Positions 39,607-48,696 of a DNA stretch of 64,000 bases are shown piece after piece. A program made the position numbers and the translations under genes. Under the pieces are notes generated by a model. That model did no database searches. It had not been told where the DNA came from and worked only from the letters and a program-made list of their open reading frames with translations. The number at the start of each line of letters is the position of its first letter. Positions within the stretch are counted from its first letter, which is position 1. Origin of the DNA: Ignavibacteria bacterium (lineage in GTDB: Bacteria; Bacteroidota; Ignavibacteria; Tepidaquicellales; OLB5); the NCBI GenBank assembly GCA_030835085.1, contig JAUQWQ010000076.1:8389-72388 (forward strand). The letters run 5' to 3'.

Positions 39607-41100
39607 TTAGAACTCATCAGCCTTATCTGTCAGCCAGGCCTTGTGCGGTAATAGGCTAGAATTTACCAGCTCATCCTTAGTTTCATTGTTTAACCTCAGG
39701 CCGCCGCCTGATGCCTTTACTTTTAAAATCTCCCTGTAAAAATTCAGGAATCTCAAATAATTATTCACTTCATTCTTTCTTATCTTTTTGTTGGATGTCA
39801 GAAAGTGTGAAAATGAATCAACAAGCGAATAGGCTTCTTCAATATAATTTAGTTCATAATAGAGTTTCAGCATCAATACTTTTACCGGGAGCTTAAGTCT
39901 GAATAATTTTAATTTTACTTTCGATAAAGATGCAAGAGATCTTTCGAATTGTTTTTTACTGAAAAACAATTCAGCGAATGAATACCCGATCATATCTTCT
40001 GAATATTCAGGAGAGATCTGTTCGCCATATTTCCGCAGAAATTCCGCAGCCCAGCCGCTTTCATTAAGCTGAAGCGCAGTCTGGAATATTATTATAAAAT
40101 TATTCACATCCATATATTGCGCAGTGTATGATGTGTACAGGTCAAGAGATGCTGCTCTTTTTATGATCTCGAAGTTTATCCTCTGGTATTTTTCGTCGTT
40201 TAAAGATGTTCTTTTCCTGTTACAGCATGTTGCCAGCATCAAATGCAGGTTTTGCAGCTCGTTTTTCCCGAAGAGCTCTGAATACCTGCCTACATAATCA
40301 TTCATCTTATTAAAATAATCTTCGTCTGTATCGTCCAGGACTGTTATCATGAAACAAAGGTAGATCTTAAGTACTTTTATCAATCTTTCATTTTGGGCTA
40401 TTTTTATCCCCCCGTCTTCATTTCCTTCAATATATTCCAGTATCTTTCTGTAATCAATATTTTTCAGATACTCGAATACAATGTTATCCTTTAACGGAAG
40501 GTTGTAAGTATGGCTTACCTGGTGAAGTATCTGGTAAATATGTGAAAGCTCCACAAACGAACTGAAGAGCTGAAGCTCACCCTGTTCATATCTTTTTTCA
40601 ATAATTGGCTCCTGAATGTTTGAAAGGAAATATAACTGGTGCCATATCAGGGTAATATCTTCCTTGTTGTATATATACTCTCCGCCTATAAGATTATCTT
40701 TATCGAGTGAACTTTCAAGTGCCAAAAGATTTTTGCCCGCCAGCCCGAATAATCTTCTTTCAGTCATATCATCAATAACATACTTCCTGATCTCAACTTC
40801 ATTTCTTTCAAACATAGATATTGCCAGGTATTTTTCCAACAGGCTGTATAATGATGAGAGCAGGTAACGGTATGTTTTTTCTTCATATTTCCTCGTGCCA
40901 TATATCTTTCTGAACATGGCTTCCGGGCTCATTTTGGAGTCGTGAAAATCAAAAGCAGGGTAAAAAGCAGCAATTAACTTAAAGAGTTTGCTTACGCTTT
41001 CATTGGTATTAAAATAATCAGAGCTGATAAACCTTCTGAATTTCTTCAGTTCAGCCTTATCAAACGTCTTCAATATCTCTATAAGTTTTTTTAGAAGCAT
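39607..41100 (-). CDS. hypothetical all-helical (TPR-like) protein, module copy 1
   Basis: 497 aa. N-terminus LIEILKTFDKAELKKFRRFISS resembles that of 43590..45131 (LFQLIKSMSKSEKGYFKKFAS). No enzymatic motif. Confidence 0.6.
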   Translation of the reverse strand: MLLKKLIEILKTFDKAELKKFRRFISSDYFNTNESVSKLFKLIAAFYPAFDFHDSKMSPEAMFRKIYGTRKYEEKTYRYLLSSLYSLLEKYLAISMFERNEVEIRKYVIDDMTERRLFGLAGKNLLALESSLDKDNLIGGEYIYNKEDITLIWHQLYFLSNIQEPIIEKRYEQGELQLFSSFVELSHIYQILHQVSHTYNLPLKDNIVFEYLKNIDYRKILEYIEGNEDGGIKIAQNERLIKVLKIYLCFMITVLDDTDEDYFNKMNDYVGRYSELFGKNELQNLHLMLATCCNRKRTSLNDEKYQRINFEIIKRAASLDLYTSYTAQYMDVNNFIIIFQTALQLNESGWAAEFLRKYGEQISPEYSEDMIGYSFAELFFSKKQFERSLASLSKVKLKLFRLKLPVKVLMLKLYYELNYIEEAYSLVDSFSHFLTSNKKIRKNEVNNYLRFLNFYREILKVKASGGGLRLNNETKDELVNSSLLPHKAWLTDKADEF

Positions 41101-41253
41101 TTTCCGGTTCTATTTTCTGAGTGAAGTTACTAGAATTTTAGATTAAAGTAAATGCCGTTTTTGAAGAAATTTAAAGGTTTTTTTATGATTTCCCATACTG
41201 AAAATCACTTTAATCTCTCAGAAAACTTCTTTGTCCGTGTGCACTCTGGCGGA

Positions 41254-41261
41254 TATCTTTG
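41254..41261 (+). promoter_or_regulatory. Bacteroidetes-type -7 box (TATCTTTG)
   Basis: TAnnTTTG match 40 nt upstream of the ATG at 41301. Confidence 0.4.
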
Positions 41262-41267
41262 TAACAT

Positions 41268-41285
41268 AAAAGTGCACATGCACTT
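41268..41285. promoter_or_regulatory. palindromic candidate operator (aaagtgca-ca-tgcacttt)
   Basis: 8-bp inverted arms with a 2-nt spacer, between the -7 box and the RHH-like ORF start. A third GTGCACT copy lies at 41239-41245. Confidence 0.35.
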
Positions 41286-41300
41286 TGAATAAAACCGAAA

Positions 41301-41498
41301 ATGAGAAAGAAACAGAACAACATAACAGAAGCAATTGCAAAAGGGTACAGGTTAAAACCTGAAACGCATGAACTGGTTGAGAAATTAAGCATGAAGATCG
41401 GCGGGACTAAAGATGAAGTCATAAGTAGAGCCTGCAGGATGTTTGAAAGTTCTGTCAACAGGGCAATTAAAAAAAGAAACAGTAAAAATATTAATTAA
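41301..41498 (+). CDS. small ribbon-helix-helix-like DNA-binding protein (putative)
   Basis: 65 aa. KGYRLKPETHELVEKLSMKIGGTKDEVISRACRMF fits a strand-helix-helix (CopG/Arc-like) pattern with a basic tail. It competes with the antisense ORF 41210..41458. Confidence 0.45.
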   Translation: MRKKQNNITEAIAKGYRLKPETHELVEKLSMKIGGTKDEVISRACRMFESSVNRAIKKRNSKNIN

Positions 41499-41551
41499 CT
41501 TAATACAGTAACAAAAAATTAACTATTAATTAAACCAAAAAGGAGCAAACA

Positions 41552-43477
41552 ATGAAACACTTTTCATCCATTAACACCAAACAAGCTTTAAGCAGTGTAC
41601 TCATGGCAGTGCTGATTATTTTCTTAGTGAATACCCATAGGGTACATTCACAGGATAAACAGGGCGGGAACATACCGGCACAGTTTAATTACACCGGCAG
41701 TACAACAGGAAGTACATCAAATCCGATGTTGACTTCAATTCAGCCTGTAGAGCAGCAGTTCACCCCTGAAAAACAATCATTACTTGAGCAGTTAAGGACC
41801 GCAAGGCTGAATAATGACCTTGTAAGGGCAGGGCAGCTGCGAACCAGTCTTGATCAATTAGACGGTTTAACAACTTATGTACCCCAGGAAAGCAATGATC
41901 CTTCCAACAATCCTATCAGGGAAAAGTATGTAACCATGAATGTAAAACCTCCATTTGTGTACGAAGGTGATTATTCGGTTTCTACAATTTCATCTGCGGG
42001 GATCTGGGCAGTTGCAACGGCAAGCTCTAACCGTTCATCCGCGATCTATGCCGCAACTACTGAGTATGTAGCCGGGTCGGGTGATAATGTAAAAATATTT
42101 GTTTCTTATAACGGCGGCGCAACTTGGATCCTTAAATATACATACAATGGTTATGCCGCAGGCGTTGATTGCCGCGCGGGCGAGCTTGATATTGAACCAA
42201 TTATCAGCGGAAATGATACGCTGGTTTATTGTGCTGTTGGTATAAATTACAACAATCATGCATGGTCAACAATGGTAGTGGCAAATATCGGCACCGGTGC
42301 TGGATCCGGCACAACATGGAGTTTTGGAGGCTACCTGAACGCGAACGTGAATTACTACAATCCTAAAGTTACAAGCGATAATACTACTTATACATCTGCT
42401 ACCTATGTATATATGACCTCTTCATTTGATTCAGCGGGTACAACAAGATATACTTCAAGATTTCTCCTTGTTACAAGTCCGTTTACAACCTCACCAACAT
42501 ATACTTACAGGCAGCCTAATGCACCAAACGGTTTCTGGTGGCAGTCAAATGGTTTGAGCCCAAACGCTTATCTGCATCAGGATATCTGTTATTATAATAA
42601 CGGCACCGTAGACAGGGTTTACACGGTTTATAATCATGCAGGAACTGCAACTAATAAAAATGTTTATATAGCATGGAGCAATGACTATGGCGTAACAGTT
42701 GGTTCAGGCAATACTTTGACTCTCACAGAAAGTACTGATATCCAGGGTGCAATTTGCGCGGCAAACGGGGGAACAAGCAGACAGACAATGGCCATTGGCT
42801 ACAGACTCCTTTTTTCTTCAGGTGACTGGGACTATCGCATACAATATTCACCTTCAGGCGGAACCACATCGGGGGTATTTACAGGTCAATATATTGAATA
42901 TACAAGCGATACAACTCTATTGATAAGTCTTCAGGCTGTGGATCTTGCGAACGGAAGATTTGTAACCGGTAGTGCAAGGAACGGAGGTGAACATTACTAC
43001 AGGTCGTTTAATGGAACTTCATTGGGCACATTGTTCCAGACAAACAATATAACCGGTGATGTTAGCTATGGCGGATGCCGTGCAGGATACTGGAACTCGC
43101 CGAACCCTGATTCATGTATAGTTGTTTGGTCACCAAATCTGGGCTCAGGTGCATTTTGCTCAAGATTGATCTGCAGCACAGTCGGGATACAGAATAACGG
43201 TAATGGTGTGCCATCTGATTTTTCTTTAAAGCAGAATTATCCTAATCCGTTCAATCCTGTGACTAATATCAAATTCAGTATACCTAAATCATCATTTGTA
43301 AAGATAACAGTGTTTGATATTACAGGCAGGGAAGTTACAAAACTAGTCAATGAAAACATGAATGCAGGTTCTTATACAGTAGACTTCAATGCATCCAACC
43401 TGGCTACGGGAGTTTATTTATACAGAATTGATGCTGATGGATTTACAGATGTGAAAAAAATGATGTTGATAAAATAG
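41552..43477 (+). CDS. secreted Cys-rich Asp-box/beta-propeller-like protein with T9SS C-terminal sorting domain, module copy 1
   Basis: 641 aa. RBS aaggag, signal peptide, SYNGGATW and AWSNDYGVT boxes. CTD QNYPNPFNPVTNIKFS...KKMMLIK. Confidence 0.75.
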   Translation: MKHFSSINTKQALSSVLMAVLIIFLVNTHRVHSQDKQGGNIPAQFNYTGSTTGSTSNPMLTSIQPVEQQFTPEKQSLLEQLRTARLNNDLVRAGQLRTSLDQLDGLTTYVPQESNDPSNNPIREKYVTMNVKPPFVYEGDYSVSTISSAGIWAVATASSNRSSAIYAATTEYVAGSGDNVKIFVSYNGGATWILKYTYNGYAAGVDCRAGELDIEPIISGNDTLVYCAVGINYNNHAWSTMVVANIGTGAGSGTTWSFGGYLNANVNYYNPKVTSDNTTYTSATYVYMTSSFDSAGTTRYTSRFLLVTSPFTTSPTYTYRQPNAPNGFWWQSNGLSPNAYLHQDICYYNNGTVDRVYTVYNHAGTATNKNVYIAWSNDYGVTVGSGNTLTLTESTDIQGAICAANGGTSRQTMAIGYRLLFSSGDWDYRIQYSPSGGTTSGVFTGQYIEYTSDTTLLISLQAVDLANGRFVTGSARNGGEHYYRSFNGTSLGTLFQTNNITGDVSYGGCRAGYWNSPNPDSCIVVWSPNLGSGAFCSRLICSTVGIQNNGNGVPSDFSLKQNYPNPFNPVTNIKFSIPKSSFVKITVFDITGREVTKLVNENMNAGSYTVDFNASNLATGVYLYRIDADGFTDVKKMMLIK

Positions 43478-43554
43478 CGGAGCTATTTTAGAAACCTTGT
43501 TCCCAAGGTTGAAACTGTAACATAGTGAATTATAACAACGCTTCAAGGATCAAT

Positions 43555-43590
43555 AAAAATGAGACTTCCTGGACAGAAGTCTCATTTTTT
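43555..43590. terminator. bidirectional rho-independent terminator
   Basis: aaaaatgagacttc-ctggaca-gaagtctcattttt with an A-run and a T-run, between convergent genes. Confidence 0.7.
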
Positions 43591-45131
43591 TAACCAGCTT
43601 TCTTTTTAAGAACATTAAGCATTCCTGTATGCATCAGCTTGCTTTCAATCCAGGAAACGAAATCAAACTGCTCCAGTATATTCTTTTCAAATTTATCATT
43701 GGAGATCTTTTCTATAGAGTATTTCAGATCTTCGTACAGCCCCAGTCTTTGCTCATCTTCACTGTAATTCATAGCCTTTGTTATAAAATCAAGAATTAAC
43801 TTTTCAAATTTATATATCCTGTTTGATCTTTCCAGAAATCTCCTGGTTGATTTAACAGTATATTCCAGCAGGTCAAAGTTTCCTGCTTCAAAGTGCACTA
43901 TAAGGCTCCTGATCCTTGCAAATACGTGCTGTTCCGGATCTATCTTCGGATTCGACGCATTCAGTATTCGGTTCAGATACTCAATACTCTTATCGAAATC
44001 CTTTATAAGGAAGAAAGCATATGCCATCCTGTTATAGATGGAAAGTTTTCTGTTTTCGTTTATAGAGTTTCTGTAATGCTTAAAGCCTGATTCTATAAGG
44101 CCTGTAATATTCTTCAGGTTATCCGTATTTAAAGATCTGATGGAATAATTCAGCTCCAGGTCGCTGGTAAGCAAAAATATTCTTGATTGTATCTCAAGGT
44201 ATTCTTTTTTGTTTTCGAACTGTTTGGAAAACTGCTTAAGCCTCTTCATGTAAATTTCAAACTCAGAATTCTTATCTGTAAGTACACAGGCGTGAAGGTA
44301 ATTATTGAGCGCAAGCACATAACTCCTCGGGTTTTCCCGGATGTACTTTTTATCACTTTCCATTAAAAGGACAAGCTCTTTTCTGTATTTTAACCAGTTT
44401 GGCCGGTCATCAACTATTCTGTAGTAGTGTCCAAGCACTGTATAGAATTTGAACTTTGAATCGAACGTCTTCGCAAAAGAAATATCCTGCATTATGGGAT
44501 TATTAAAAATACTGTTCAGCTTTTCCAGGTCTTTCTCATCCCGTATATTACCGGTATCTTTTGTGAACATGAACATATCATTATATATAATATGATACTG
44601 CTCATTTAAACTCAGGTTCTGAAGGTTATCCAGAGTATTTTTTTTCAGACTTTCATAGTCCATTTCTTCATTGTTGGCATAATAGTCGGTTGCAAGGCAG
44701 GTCAAAGCTTTGTTATATAGAAGCGCGAGATAGAACGGTTTATCATTTTCTTTGGCCATTGCTATAGCTTTGTTCAGCAGGGTTTTAAATTGTTTGTAAA
44801 GCCCTTTTTCAAACAGTACATTCAGCTCTATCATCATCATGTTCAGTTTCGATACCGCAAACTTTTCAGCATGGTAAGAACTGAGTGCTTTAAGTATAAG
44901 GTTGAACAGGTAGTTTTTAGTTGAATAAAGCTTTTCAGCGAATTTTTCACCGGTAAATTTTTTTTTGATCTGCTGTTCATCGTAAACCGGAAGCATATCA
45001 ATTGCATCAAACAACTTTACATAAGTATTCTTTTCTCCAATTGTATGTTTTGAGGCAAATTTCTTAAAATAGCCTTTTTCAGACTTACTCATAGACTTAA
45101 TGAGCTGAAACAGATCATCTGATACTTTCAT
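43590..45131 (-). CDS. hypothetical all-helical (TPR-like) protein, module copy 2
   Basis: 513 aa, distant paralog of 39607..41100. The N-terminal pattern LFQLIKSMSKSEKGYFKKFA...YVKLFDAI recalls a conserved uncharacterised Bacteroidota family. Confidence 0.6.
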   Translation of the reverse strand: MKVSDDLFQLIKSMSKSEKGYFKKFASKHTIGEKNTYVKLFDAIDMLPVYDEQQIKKKFTGEKFAEKLYSTKNYLFNLILKALSSYHAEKFAVSKLNMMMIELNVLFEKGLYKQFKTLLNKAIAMAKENDKPFYLALLYNKALTCLATDYYANNEEMDYESLKKNTLDNLQNLSLNEQYHIIYNDMFMFTKDTGNIRDEKDLEKLNSIFNNPIMQDISFAKTFDSKFKFYTVLGHYYRIVDDRPNWLKYRKELVLLMESDKKYIRENPRSYVLALNNYLHACVLTDKNSEFEIYMKRLKQFSKQFENKKEYLEIQSRIFLLTSDLELNYSIRSLNTDNLKNITGLIESGFKHYRNSINENRKLSIYNRMAYAFFLIKDFDKSIEYLNRILNASNPKIDPEQHVFARIRSLIVHFEAGNFDLLEYTVKSTRRFLERSNRIYKFEKLILDFITKAMNYSEDEQRLGLYEDLKYSIEKISNDKFEKNILEQFDFVSWIESKLMHTGMLNVLKKKAG

Positions 45132-45259
45132 CGACTTCTATGCACTCCGGTGTTAATTTTCACAATAATAGCCAAAAAACGAACATATAATGATGTAATA
45201 AAGGGTATTGACTTATGAATTAGCAGAAAATTCGATTTTTTAAGCACATTTACTAAATA

Positions 45260-45267
45260 TATATTTG
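45260..45267 (+). promoter_or_regulatory. Bacteroidetes-type -7 box (TATATTTG)
   Basis: Exact TAnnTTTG match 47 nt upstream of the ATG at 45314. Confidence 0.4.
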
Positions 45268-45313
45268 CTGTGTTTAGGGGGAATTAATTAAACTAATATA
45301 AACGGAGAACAAA

Positions 45314-47191
45314 ATGAAACGATTCAAACTTATTGCAGTTTTATCTGCAGTTTTACTTACTTTTTCTGCTTCTGCGCAGGATAAAGTAGGCGGCAACGAA
45401 CCTTCAGGGCAGTATTACTCAAACAGTCCTGATGGAAGTACTTCAAATTCTATGCAAACCACTATTCAGCCTCAATCCACAGAATTTTCAGCAGAAAAGC
45501 AAAACCTGCTGAATCAGCTTAGAGCAGCAAGACTCAACAATGATCTTGTAATGGCTTCCCAGTTTCAAAACATGCTTAATGATATTGACGGGTTAGTGCC
45601 ATATACACCTGTTTATAATCCTTCATTGGATCCTATCAAAGAGAAGTTTCAGAACATGCCTGTTAAATCACCATATTCATATGAAGGTGATTACCAGGTA
45701 ACAACAATTCAGAACGGAGGCAACTGGGCAGTTGCTACAGCCAGTTCAAACCGCACTGGCACAATATTCGCTGCTGTTACTGAATATGTAAACGGCGGGA
45801 GCGACCTTGTAAAAGTATATGCTTCATATAATGGCGGAGCAACCTGGGTACTTAAATACACTTATTCAGGATTTGCTGCAGGTGTTGATTGCCGCGCGGG
45901 CGAACTTGATATCGAACCCATAATCAACGGCTCTGATACACTGGTATATTGTGCAGTTGGTATTAATTACAACAGTCATGCATGGTCCACTATGGTCATA
46001 GCTAATATAGGTACCGGTGCCGGTTCAGGCTCAACATGGAGCTTTGGCGGTTACTTAAGTGCAAATGTTAATTACTACAATCCAAAAGTAACAAGTGATA
46101 ATACAAATTACACAGGTGCAACATATGTGTATATGACATCTTCATTCGATTCAGCAGGTACAACAAGATTTACAACCAGGTTTCTTGTAGTTACCAGCCC
46201 GTTCACAATTTCACCTACATTCATTTACAGGCAGCCAAATGCTCCAAATGGCTTCTGGTGGCAGTCTAATGGTTTAACACCAACAGCTTATTTGCATCAG
46301 GATATATGTTATTACAATGCTGCAGGTACTGACAGGATATATACTGTATATAATCATTCAGGTGCAGCAACTAATCAGAATATTTATATTGCATGGAGCA
46401 ATGACTATGGCGTAACTGTGGGTGCAGGAAATACACTGACATTTGCGGAATCTGCTAATATTCAGGGAGCAATTTGCGCTACTAACGGCGGTACATCTCA
46501 AAGTTTATTAATAGGATACAGAAGATTCTTTAGTCCTGACTGGGATTACAGGGTTCAGTATTCACCTTCAGGCGGTATAACTTCAGGGACATTTACTGCT
46601 AACTATATTGAGTTTACAGGTGACACTACTTTGCTTATTAATATGCAGGGAATAGATCTGGGCAACGGAAGATTTGTTACAGGCCATGCCCGTAATGGCG
46701 GTGAGCATTATTACAGGTCTTTTAATGCAAATAATATGGGTACCTCATTTCAGACAAACAGTGTAACAGGTGATGTTGGCTTCGGAGGTTGCAGGGCAGG
46801 ATACTGGAATTCACAGAATGCAGATTCATGTGTTGTAGTATGGTCAGGCTCAAATGGTGCTAACGCATACTGCTCCAGGCTTATTTGCAGCACAGTAGGT
46901 ATTGAAAATAACGGCAATGAAATACCTGAAATGTTTTCATTAAGCCAGAACTATCCGAATCCGTTCAATCCTGTAACAAATATCAAGTTTTCAATTCCCG
47001 CAGGCGGAAATGTAAAACTTACTGTATTTGATATCACAGGAAAAGAAGTAGCTGTACTGGTGAATCAAAATATGAATGCAGGAAATTATACTGCAGATTT
47101 TGATGCATCACAGCTTTCAAGCGGTATTTACTTCTATACTTTATCATCAGGTAGTTACACAGATACCAAAAAGATGGTTTTAGTAAAATAA
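45314..47191 (+). CDS. secreted Cys-rich Asp-box/beta-propeller-like protein with T9SS C-terminal sorting domain, module copy 2
   Basis: 625 aa, close paralog of 41552..43477 with long identical runs (e.g. AGVDCRAGELDIEPII, YRQPNAPNGFWWQSNGL, CSRLICSTVGI). Confidence 0.75.
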   Translation: MKRFKLIAVLSAVLLTFSASAQDKVGGNEPSGQYYSNSPDGSTSNSMQTTIQPQSTEFSAEKQNLLNQLRAARLNNDLVMASQFQNMLNDIDGLVPYTPVYNPSLDPIKEKFQNMPVKSPYSYEGDYQVTTIQNGGNWAVATASSNRTGTIFAAVTEYVNGGSDLVKVYASYNGGATWVLKYTYSGFAAGVDCRAGELDIEPIINGSDTLVYCAVGINYNSHAWSTMVIANIGTGAGSGSTWSFGGYLSANVNYYNPKVTSDNTNYTGATYVYMTSSFDSAGTTRFTTRFLVVTSPFTISPTFIYRQPNAPNGFWWQSNGLTPTAYLHQDICYYNAAGTDRIYTVYNHSGAATNQNIYIAWSNDYGVTVGAGNTLTFAESANIQGAICATNGGTSQSLLIGYRRFFSPDWDYRVQYSPSGGITSGTFTANYIEFTGDTTLLINMQGIDLGNGRFVTGHARNGGEHYYRSFNANNMGTSFQTNSVTGDVGFGGCRAGYWNSQNADSCVVVWSGSNGANAYCSRLICSTVGIENNGNEIPEMFSLSQNYPNPFNPVTNIKFSIPAGGNVKLTVFDITGKEVAVLVNQNMNAGNYTADFDASQLSSGIYFYTLSSGSYTDTKKMVLVK

Positions 47192-47342
47192 TGTAATTCT
47201 AAAATTGCTGTCTTCTTCAATACAGCTTAAAAAATATGTTAATTGAATAAAAGCTTCTTTATATTACCCCCGTAGTACAAAGGAAGAGGAAGCAGCGAGG
47301 ACAAACAGCCGGTGGTGGGGAATGGCCAAACCGGCTGAATAT

Positions 47343-47376
47343 AGAGGGAACTTTAATTTAAAGTTCCCTCTTTTAA
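47343..47376 (+). terminator. rho-independent terminator (perfect 29-nt palindrome plus T-run)
   Basis: agagggaactttaatttaaagttccctct followed by tttt, located about 150 nt after the stop at 47191. Confidence 0.65.
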
Positions 47377-47423
47377 TTTGTATATACTGCGGGAATTTGA
47401 AATATCCCGTAAATTCCCTCTGA

Positions 47424-47456
47424 TTTGAGATTTTTCATTACATTTTTTTACGTTTG
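47424..47456 (+). promoter_or_regulatory. Bacteroidetes-type promoter (-33 TTTG / -7 TACGTTTG)
   Basis: TTTG at 47424-47427 and TAnnTTTG at 47449-47456, spaced 21 nt apart, upstream of the ATG at 47524. Confidence 0.45.
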
Positions 47457-47523
47457 TAGCAGTATTAATCAATTGATTTAATAACCATTAATTATTATTC
47501 TGTACTTAATTAGATAGCAAAAA

Positions 47524-48018
47524 ATGAAAAAAATTGCATTATTAGCAGTAGTATTAGCCCTCGTAACCGGTATTTCATTTTCGCAGTTTAAAGAAATTCC
47601 CAATAAAACAAAAACACAGCTGAAATCCGGCAATGGTCTTCTGCTCGGATTCATTAATCCCAAGAATTTTTCCATTTCTCATTCTTTCAGTATGAATGTT
47701 ATGACTGGCGGAAATACTTCTGTAAGTCTTGCATCTTATACTGCAACAATGAATTATAAAGTGTTAAAGAACCTGAACCTGAGCGCTGATGTTACTATGC
47801 AGTATTCACCTTACGCTTCAATTGGTTCAAATAATCCTGCTATCAATAAAGATTTTCAGAATTCATTGAACGGCATAAATTTAAGCCGGGTTTCACTTGA
47901 TTACAGGCCTACAAAAGATATGTCTATAAGCATAAATTATTTTAACCACAAAGGCAGTTATTACGGTTACGATAATTACTATAACAGCTATTACAATCCA
48001 TACTGGTCCGGCAGGTAA
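47524..48018 (+). CDS. hypothetical secreted protein (Tyr/Asn-rich C-terminus)
   Basis: 164 aa with a signal peptide. Alternating beta-like pattern, no recognised domain. Confidence 0.5.
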   Translation: MKKIALLAVVLALVTGISFSQFKEIPNKTKTQLKSGNGLLLGFINPKNFSISHSFSMNVMTGGNTSVSLASYTATMNYKVLKNLNLSADVTMQYSPYASIGSNNPAINKDFQNSLNGINLSRVSLDYRPTKDMSISINYFNHKGSYYGYDNYYNSYYNPYWSGR

Positions 48019-48064
48019 GCTGCCAAAGCCGGTTTCAACATTCATATAATTAATACGGTTATTA

Positions 48065-48580
48065 ATGCCACCAGCAAATTCAGGTGAATTTGTAAGTAAG
48101 TTCAAAAATTATTCCATTAACATATTAATTGTTCTGTTGGCAGTTGTAACAATTTACCTTTTCTATAATCTTTTTAAGCGCCTTACAACTCCCCAAACAG
48201 ATGTTAAAACACAGGTGGTCGATTCCACTACTTATCTGACCAAGCAGCCATCCGGCGGCACACTGCAAATTGATGTGCAAAACGGATGCGGTGTATCAGG
48301 CATTGCTGATAAATTCACTGAGTACCTGCGTTCAAAAGGGTTTGATGTAGTTGAAATGGGTAACTTCACAACACAGGATATTAAGACCACGATGGTTATA
48401 GATAGAGCCGGCAATATGAAGAATGCAAAACGTGTTGCACAGTCACTGGGGGTATCGGATAAGTTCGTAATACAGCAGATGAATAAAAATTATTTCCTCG
48501 ATGCGACAGTTGTTATTGGGAAAGATTACGAGGATCTGATTCCTTTCAAACACCAGACGGAAACTCAGACAAAACCTTAG
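48065..48580 (+). CDS. LytR_C (LytR cell-envelope-related C-terminal) domain protein
   Basis: 171 aa with an N-terminal TM. LQIDVQNGCGVSGIADKFTEYLRSKGFDVVEMGN is typical of LytR_C. Confidence 0.65.
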   Translation: MPPANSGEFVSKFKNYSINILIVLLAVVTIYLFYNLFKRLTTPQTDVKTQVVDSTTYLTKQPSGGTLQIDVQNGCGVSGIADKFTEYLRSKGFDVVEMGNFTTQDIKTTMVIDRAGNMKNAKRVAQSLGVSDKFVIQQMNKNYFLDATVVIGKDYEDLIPFKHQTETQTKP

Positions 48581-48696
48581 TTGTGTAATTCCTGCCTGCC
48601 TGGTAAAGTCAGGTGAAAGCGGGAATGTATGAAGATATTACTTGATTTTTAAAAATCATTAAACTTAATCAATAATTTATAGAAAGTTTATACAAC

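Noticed and set aside
41210-41458. 82-aa minus-strand ORF overlapping the RHH-like ORF
   Set aside because: It has an odd hydrophobic/Ser-rich composition with no motif and no upstream promoter-like box. The plus-strand ORF has a -7 box, a palindrome and an RHH-like pattern. The choice remains uncertain.
36823-43590. Terminator hairpins at 36823-36853 and 43555-43590 share the 12-nt word cagaagtctcat: a possible REP-like repeat family
   Set aside because: Only two copies were seen, and the shared word is short. Both are simply inter-convergent-gene hairpins, which is insufficient to claim a dispersed repeat element. A genome-wide word count would settle it.
47281-47300. GGAAGCAGC word resembling the conserved helix-8 motif of SRP (4.5S) RNA
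   Set aside because: The flanking sequence cannot form the required helix 5/8 pairing: no complementary 5' strand, no GNAR tetraloop closed by a stem. The match is most likely a chance purine-rich word.
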